The notes beneath the pieces are model-generated. The model did not search any database, was not told the origin of the DNA, and saw nothing but the letters and a program-made list of their open reading frames with translations. A program made the position numbers and the translations under genes. Of a stretch of DNA of 64,000 nucleotides, positions 58,351 through 64,000 are shown piece by piece (the first letter of the stretch is position 1; the number at the start of each line of letters is the position of its first letter). Source of the stretch: an uncultured Planctomycetota bacterium (GTDB taxonomy: Bacteria; Planctomycetota; Planctomycetia; Isosphaerales; Isosphaeraceae); assembly GCA_963823665.1 (NCBI GenBank), contig CAWGMQ010000004.1, positions 2,656,001 to 2,720,000 of the forward strand. Direction: 5' to 3'.

Positions 58351-59631
58351 CAGGGCTGTTGACTAATTGAGGATACCCAGTTTGGCGAAGAGCGTTCGGA
58401 CTTGGGAAGCATTGCGACGAACGGACTCGGCGATGTTGGTCGCGCCAGTGATTCGAAGGAATCCGATCGCTGCATTACGCAGCGCAGCCATGATTTCCGG
58501 ACCGGACCCCTTGCGGATTCGGCTCTTATCCTCGGCGAACGTGACGTCACGCACGTAGTGGGATCGATTCTCGATGGACCAGTGGCCCCGTCCCCAAGCA
58601 AGCAAATGGCTGGCGTTGCCGAGAGCGCGGGGAACGCTGGTAATGAAATAGCGAGTCTCGTTTGAAACCTCTCCGCCTTGCTCAACCACACTCTCAATCT
58701 GCCCGACCTGAGCCACGCCGGGCCAATCCAGATACTCATTCAATGCTGTCGTTGCCTTCAAGGTGCGGCGTTCACGACGACCATGGCCCTTGTCTATGCT
58801 CGTGGTCGTGTCCTGCGCCTGTTCCCAGATTCGTCGCTGTTTAGGGGGAAAAAGCCGCCTCGGTTGATGCGTCGAAGGCGGCCTTAATATCGTTGAGGAG
58901 CGTCGGCTGGTTGTCCTTCACAAACCAAAAGTAGTGGCCGCGTGCATCGATGACCTGCTGGGAAAGATCACGCTGGCAGAACATGGCGTCGCCGGTTACC
59001 ACTCGCCCCTCCAGAACGATACCTCGGAGCAACTGAAGAGCTGTCTTGTGCTCGTTGGTCTTGTTTTCGCCGCCGTTGGGGACCTGTGTCTGAGCCAACG
59101 TTAATCCCGACTCGTGCGCTACCAAGGAGAGCAGGTGGACCGCCTTCTCGAGGCCGTCGAAGCTGCCACGAGCTGTCTTGCCATCGAGAGCAAAAGCTTC
59201 CGGCGGCGAAGGCTCGCTTGAGACTGGACGGTCCAGCAACGATTCGGCCCACCGGCTCAGAGCGTCCTCGAAGGCCTTTGGGTCTAATGCGATCAGAACC
59301 TTGCGAATGCCGCCCATCTTCGGAGGTCTGCGAGTGAAGCCAAGTCGATGCATCAGCCCGATGTCTTGGTCCCGTGCCCATTGCGCAATGGCAGAATAGC
59401 TCTTCGCACCACACATGACGGCACAACACACCAACGCAAGAATGGCCGACAGCGGATGTTGTCGGCCATGCCGACTGCGAGGATCGGGAACAACGGCAAG
59501 AAAGGAAAGAAGACTGCCGGTGGTTTGGGCTTCCATGCGATGCCTCCATGCCGAAAATCCTTGGTGTGGGCGGTTTCCATACCGATAGAACCTTTCCTAT
59601 CTGCCTCAGGCTCAATCTGTCAACAGCCGTG
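58351..59631 (-). mobile_element. ISAs1-family insertion sequence, 1281 bp
   Basis: Inverted repeats CAGGGCTGTTGACTAATTGAG / CACGGCTGTTGACAGATTGAG (18 of 21 match); 10-bp direct repeat CAACATCGTG at 58341-58350 and 59632-59641. Confidence 0.93.
58363..59536 (-). CDS. ISAs1 transposase in two frames (58841-59536 and 58363 to about 58845)
   Basis: ORF1 motifs VPDPR, ALDGKTARG, TNE, VTGDAMFCQ and VKDNQP; ORF2 motifs KGHGRRERR and HWSIENRSHYVRDVTFAED. Confidence 0.9.
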
Positions 59632-60156
59632 CAACATCGTGGCGGCTAGGTCAATTCTTGGATAGCGTATGCGATATCATCATCGAGGGAAATCAAGACT
59701 CATCGGCCATCCGACGTGCCTCGGTGTGACGGTCGTCGAAATCTGCGTGTCAGATCACCCTTATGTGGCCGATCGACCGCGCCCAGGATGGGCCGGTAGA
59801 CGAAGGTTGAGCTGCCCAATCAATCCACGCGGTTAACGCGGTTTTACCGCCGACCGCGGGTGGCGGCGAATCGAACGGAACTGCGAGCACGCTGGCCGAA
59901 GCAGCCAAGCCGTCAGAAGTCTTTGGGTCGCGATTGCACGCGCATGAGAGCAACTGCGGACCGAGTGCGCCAAAGACGCAAGCTCGTCAAGACCGCGCGG
60001 GACGATGTTGCCAGATTGTTGCCACGCATTCCGATAGTCGATCGACACGCACTGAAAGCTTTGGATTTAGGAGTGCTGGGGATCTAGGATTTGAACATAG
60101 ACTAACCGAGCCTGCCTCATTTGAACGACAGCCGAGGCACGACTGTCGAACCAGCC

Positions 60157-60867
60157 TCACCGCGAACTGTAAGCCGCCGAATGATCGGCCATGGAGCTTG
60201 CTTCTGGGTGCACCAGCTCGCCGTCCTGGATTTCCAGAACCAGGTCGTCCGGCGTGATGAAACGGCGGTCGTGGGTGACAACGACGCAGGTCGTTCCTGA
60301 TGATTCCTGCATGCGCCGGAGAATTGTGTAAATCTCGTCGCCTGTCTTGGAATCCAGCTCGCCTGTGGGCTCATCCGCCAGAAGCAAGATTGGTTGTTTG
60401 ACCAGCGCCCGGGCAATTGCCACCCGTTGCTGTTCGCCTCCGGAGAGCTGGTACGGGCGGTGGTCCAGCCGGTCCTCCAGGCCAACCTGGCCAAGGAGAT
60501 CGGTCGCTCGCTGCCGCAACGCGGGCGTGATGCCCGTGGGCATGAACGGAATCAAGACGTTCTCGAGGGCAGTCAGGTTGTTGATCAGGTTGAATGACTG
60601 AAAGATAAAACCGACGCGGTCGCGCCGATAGGTATTCTTCGCCCGCTCGGACATCTTTCCGAGCTCCTGACCGTCAACGACGATCTCACCGGAAGTCGGA
60701 CGGTCGATTGCCCCCAGCAGATAAAGCAGCGAGCTCTTCCCAGACCCGCTTGGGCCCACGATGAACGCGAACCGCCCGGCCTCGATGCGGCAGGAGAGCC
60801 CCCGTAGAGCGTGCACCCAGCGGCTGCCGCTCCGGTACGATTTAAAGACGTTCACCACGTCAATCAT
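60157..60867 (-). CDS. ABC transporter ATP-binding protein (LolD/MacB-like)
   Basis: Motifs [38 protein letters not shown] and VTHD. Confidence 0.95.
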   Translation of the reverse strand: MIDVVNVFKSYRSGSRWVHALRGLSCRIEAGRFAFIVGPSGSGKSSLLYLLGAIDRPTSGEIVVDGQELGKMSERAKNTYRRDRVGFIFQSFNLINNLTALENVLIPFMPTGITPALRQRATDLLGQVGLEDRLDHRPYQLSGGEQQRVAIARALVKQPILLLADEPTGELDSKTGDEIYTILRRMQESSGTTCVVVTHDRRFITPDDLVLEIQDGELVHPEASSMADHSAAYSSR

Positions 60868-60897
60868 CGGAAATCCCCGCTGAAAAAGTGCCGTCCG

Positions 60898-62112
60898 TCA
60901 GCGCGAGCCCAGCCGTATTGCTTCCATGGGCAAGAGGCGGGCCGCCCGCCACGCGGGATAAAGGCCTCCACATGTTCCCATCAGCACCGAGAGACCGATT
61001 CCCAGCACCAGCAGCGACGGCGTCAAGCCCAGACGAATGCCCGCATCCGCGACGAACTGGTTGATCACGATCGTCCCGACGGCAGCGAGCAAACAGCCTC
61101 CCACGCCGGCGAGGAGGCCGAGATACGCGCTCTCGAGCGTCACGAGCGCCAGGATATTGCCTTGCGACCAGCCGTTGGTCCGCAGCACGCCGAATTCTGC
61201 GAACCGTTCGGTCGTGCTCATGAGCATCGTGTTGATGATGCCCACAATCCCCACGACGAGCGCCAGGCTCACCGTCATCAACAAGAATGAGTCGACCTGG
61301 CCCATCAACGAGCCGAAATTGGCCTGGGCCTCGTTCATGCTTCGCGCATCGATGCCCGGATGCGCCTGCTCGATCGTCTTCGCGAGCGCCGTGTTCTGCG
61401 CGGGATCAGTTCCCTCGATGTAGATACAGGAGACTGATTCCTTGGGCTCGTTCACAACGCTCCGCGCCGTCCCGATATCCATCACGATGACGACGTCGAG
61501 AATCATCGAGCCGGTTTCGTACAGACCGATGATGTCGAACGGTTTGCCGCCGATTGAGATCTTGTCGCCAACCTTCTTGGGGTTACCTTTGGCGTCGGGA
61601 TGCTGCTTGGCGATTTTCCGGCTGATCACCACCCGGTTCGTGCCTTCATCTCCCGGCTCCAGGAACCGGCCCTCGCCGTTTTCCTTCAGTGCCCGGGGAA
61701 ACACCGCACTCCTCAGGTTTTGATGCGCGACGATGTCCTGGCCGGCAATCACCGGCTTGTCGAGGAACGAATTCAACCCCTGCCCGGCCATGAGATTCCT
61801 GAGTATCATGCCGCGCCCCTCGATCGGCGGCGCCAGCCCCCAGACTTCCGGCGCGACAGCGCGAACCCCCGGCGTCTTCCGAAGCTGGTCAGCCAGCGAG
61901 GCCGGCACGTGGCTCAACACCGGGCTGAGCATGTCCTCGCGTAGAACGAGGAGCCCCTCGATGCGGCTGAGAGTCGTGCCGACCAAGTCGCGCAGACCAT
62001 TCGATAAACAGAAAAGCCCAAGGATACCCAGTATCGGTATCGATAACCCAATAAGCGCCAAGAACGTACGCAACGGTCGGGTCAACAGATTTCGCCAGGC
62101 AAATACACCCAT
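60898..62112 (-). CDS. ABC transporter permease (MacB/FtsX family)
   Basis: Motifs AWRNLLTRPLRT, INTMLMSTTERFAEFGVLR and YPAWRAARL.P.EA. Confidence 0.93.
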   Translation of the reverse strand: MGVFAWRNLLTRPLRTFLALIGLSIPILGILGLFCLSNGLRDLVGTTLSRIEGLLVLREDMLSPVLSHVPASLADQLRKTPGVRAVAPEVWGLAPPIEGRGMILRNLMAGQGLNSFLDKPVIAGQDIVAHQNLRSAVFPRALKENGEGRFLEPGDEGTNRVVISRKIAKQHPDAKGNPKKVGDKISIGGKPFDIIGLYETGSMILDVVIVMDIGTARSVVNEPKESVSCIYIEGTDPAQNTALAKTIEQAHPGIDARSMNEAQANFGSLMGQVDSFLLMTVSLALVVGIVGIINTMLMSTTERFAEFGVLRTNGWSQGNILALVTLESAYLGLLAGVGGCLLAAVGTIVINQFVADAGIRLGLTPSLLVLGIGLSVLMGTCGGLYPAWRAARLLPMEAIRLGSR

Positions 62113-62439
62113 AAGTCGTCCGTCAAAGTACCACGGCGATCACTAACCGTCGTCGCCATCCGGTGAGGTCATTTTCGCTGCGCCAACTGCGGAGATTATA
62201 GTCCCGCCCTTGAAGCCGCATAAGGCGAGCCAATCCCCGCAAACGCAGGAACCTCGTTGCCATCCTGAAGATCGTGAATCCTTTCCGAAAGCGCCGCCTT
62301 TGCGCATTTCCCCGCTCTCCATAGTATCATACATGATATCTTGCGCTTTAGCACGACCCAGTGCTATCTTACGAGAGTCAGTCAAGCGATCGATTCTGAT
62401 TGATGTTTGTATGAGGCGAAAACCTTTATAGAGAAGAGC

Positions 62440-64000
62440 TTACGACGAGGTTGAATTCGTTTGGTCTTGAGGTTCGTTTGTGGCTGGGCTCGGGGTCTGC
62501 GCGAATTCGGGTTGTTCAGCAGGCGGTCTTTCGCTGTCGGCGGGGGCAGGGGCGGGAGAAGGTGCGGGTGTCGCGCCGATTTCAGGGCGATCGCTTACAG
62601 CATCGGTGATATCGTCGGTCCGTGCTTCCCAAAGTTGCTTGAGCTGGCCGAACGTTCGGAGCGGAACGTTGCCCTCGAGGGCTTCCTTGGAGAGTGGGGG
62701 CGGTGGCGCGGCAGGGCGGCGCGGTGGGCGGTTCTGACCGTGGTCGCTCTGTCCGCGGTCCAGCCGGGGTGGCCGGCCTGCGTTGGGCCCTGGAGCCGGC
62801 CCACGCGGGCCGCCGCGGCCAGGAGGTGGTCCGGATCCGCCGTGTCGTGGAGGGCCACCGCGATAATCCTGGTGCGGTGAGCCTCCACCCGCGGATGTTG
62901 CCGGCGAACGCTGTTCAGAACCACGCGGCCCTCCCGGACCGGGGCGCTCTCGGTCATTGCGTCGAAGGGGTGCATCCGGGAGCACTGCCACAGATGGTGC
63001 ACCCACCGGGGGAGCGGTGAGCGCCGAGGTTGTCGGCCTGGGGGGGCGGGCGCCGCCGCGCCGCCCCTGCGGGCCCTGCCCCTCGCGCTGTTCACCATCG
63101 GGAGCACCGCCACGGCGTCCGCCGGGCGGCCCGCCGCGCTGGCGCTCGGTGCCTGGCTTGACCATCGTCAGCGAAACGCGCTTGCGTTCGTGATCGACGC
63201 CCATCACCCACACGGTCACCACATCGCCCACGCTCACCATGTCGTGCGGGTTCTTCACGTACCGATTCGCGAGCTGGCTGATGTGAACGAGCCCGGAATC
63301 CTTGAGCCCGATATCCACGAACGCCCCGAAATCGACGACATTGAGCACCGTCCCCTTCAGCTCCATGCCGGTCGCGAGGTCTTCGATCTTCAAGATCCCC
63401 TTCTTGAAGATCGGCTTGGGAAGATCGTCGCGCGGGTCACGTTCGGGGCGTGAGAGAGCGTCGATGATGTCGCGGAGCGTGAACTCGCCCGTTTCCAGCT
63501 CCCGGGCCAGCTCGCTCACGTTCACGAGGGCCAGCTTGGCGCGCAAGTCCGCCAGCTTTTCCTTGTCGCGAACCGCTTCTGGCTCGCAGCCGACCTTTTC
63601 GAGCAGCCGCTTGGCGACCTCGTAGCTTTCCGGGTGGACCCAGGTTCGGTCCAGCGGTTGCTCGCCGTCCTGGATCTTCAGGAACCCGGCCGCCTGCGTG
63701 AACGATGCCGGGCCGATTCCCTCGATCTGCTGCAACTGCTCTCGCGTGGCGAACGGCCCGTGATCCTTGCGGTAGTCAACAATTCGCCGCGCGGTGAGCT
63801 GATTGAGCCCGGAAACGTGACGGAGCAGGGGAACACTGGCCGTGTTCACGTCCACGCCCACGAAATTCACGCAGCTCGAGATTACCGTATCGAGAGATTC
63901 CTTGAGATGCTTGGGATTGATGTCGTGCTGGTAGAGACCCACGCCGATATTCTGGGGCTCGATCTTCACCAGCTCGGATAACGGGTCTTGCAGCCGGCGG
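62440..64000 (-). CDS. tex: Tex family RNA-binding protein (HhH plus S1), 5' partial, with long low-complexity tail
   Basis: RRLQDPLSELVKIEPQNIGVGLYQHD, VDVNTAS, HPESY, and S1 domain NVVDFGAFVDIG...GLVHIS. Confidence 0.93.
   Translation of the reverse strand, partial: RRLQDPLSELVKIEPQNIGVGLYQHDINPKHLKESLDTVISSCVNFVGVDVNTASVPLLRHVSGLNQLTARRIVDYRKDHGPFATREQLQQIEGIGPASFTQAAGFLKIQDGEQPLDRTWVHPESYEVAKRLLEKVGCEPEAVRDKEKLADLRAKLALVNVSELARELETGEFTLRDIIDALSRPERDPRDDLPKPIFKKGILKIEDLATGMELKGTVLNVVDFGAFVDIGLKDSGLVHISQLANRYVKNPHDMVSVGDVVTVWVMGVDHERKRVSLTMVKPGTERQRGGPPGGRRGGAPDGEQREGQGPQGRRGGARPPRPTTSALTAPPVGAPSVAVLPDAPLRRNDRERPGPGGPRGSEQRSPATSAGGGSPHQDYRGGPPRHGGSGPPPGRGGPRGPAPGPNAGRPPRLDRGQSDHGQNRPPRRPAAPPPPLSKEALEGNVPLRTFGQLKQLWEARTDDITDAVSDRPEIGATPAPSPAPAPADSERPPAEQPEFAQTPSPATNEPQDQTNSTSS

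Overview
GC-rich bacterial DNA, most consistent with a planctomycete of the Isosphaeraceae type (LEPR-XLL extracellular protein, two Uma2 genes, planctomycete-style ECF sigma fragment). The taxonomy is inferred from sequence style, not from a search. Most of the window is housekeeping: O-antigen ligase-like gene/wecA/proS, yhaM-rnr, efpL, an MMPL transporter, htrA, dnaG-rpoD, two thioredoxins, trpF, rnc, deoC, rpiA, tRNA-Pro(TGG), an ABC exporter and tex. Many genes, including essential ones, are broken by single-base indels, which suggests uncorrected long-read assembly errors. The standout is a co-oriented locus at about 44.9-50.4 kb that looks like a complete eukaryote-like ubiquitination cascade. 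It has a membrane-anchored RING protein (candidate E3), a ubiquitin-like protein ending VVAG-RIC, an E2 with HPN motif and Cys, a Uba2/Uba3-like E1, and a JAB/MPN+ isopeptidase fused to TM-coiled coil-TM. A Ste24/M48 protease follows. The region from 52.3 to 59.7 kb is a decayed accessory stretch with toxin-antitoxin remnants and an intact-ended ISAs1 element (10-bp target duplication) whose transposase is split at a hairpin plus T5C5 motif.
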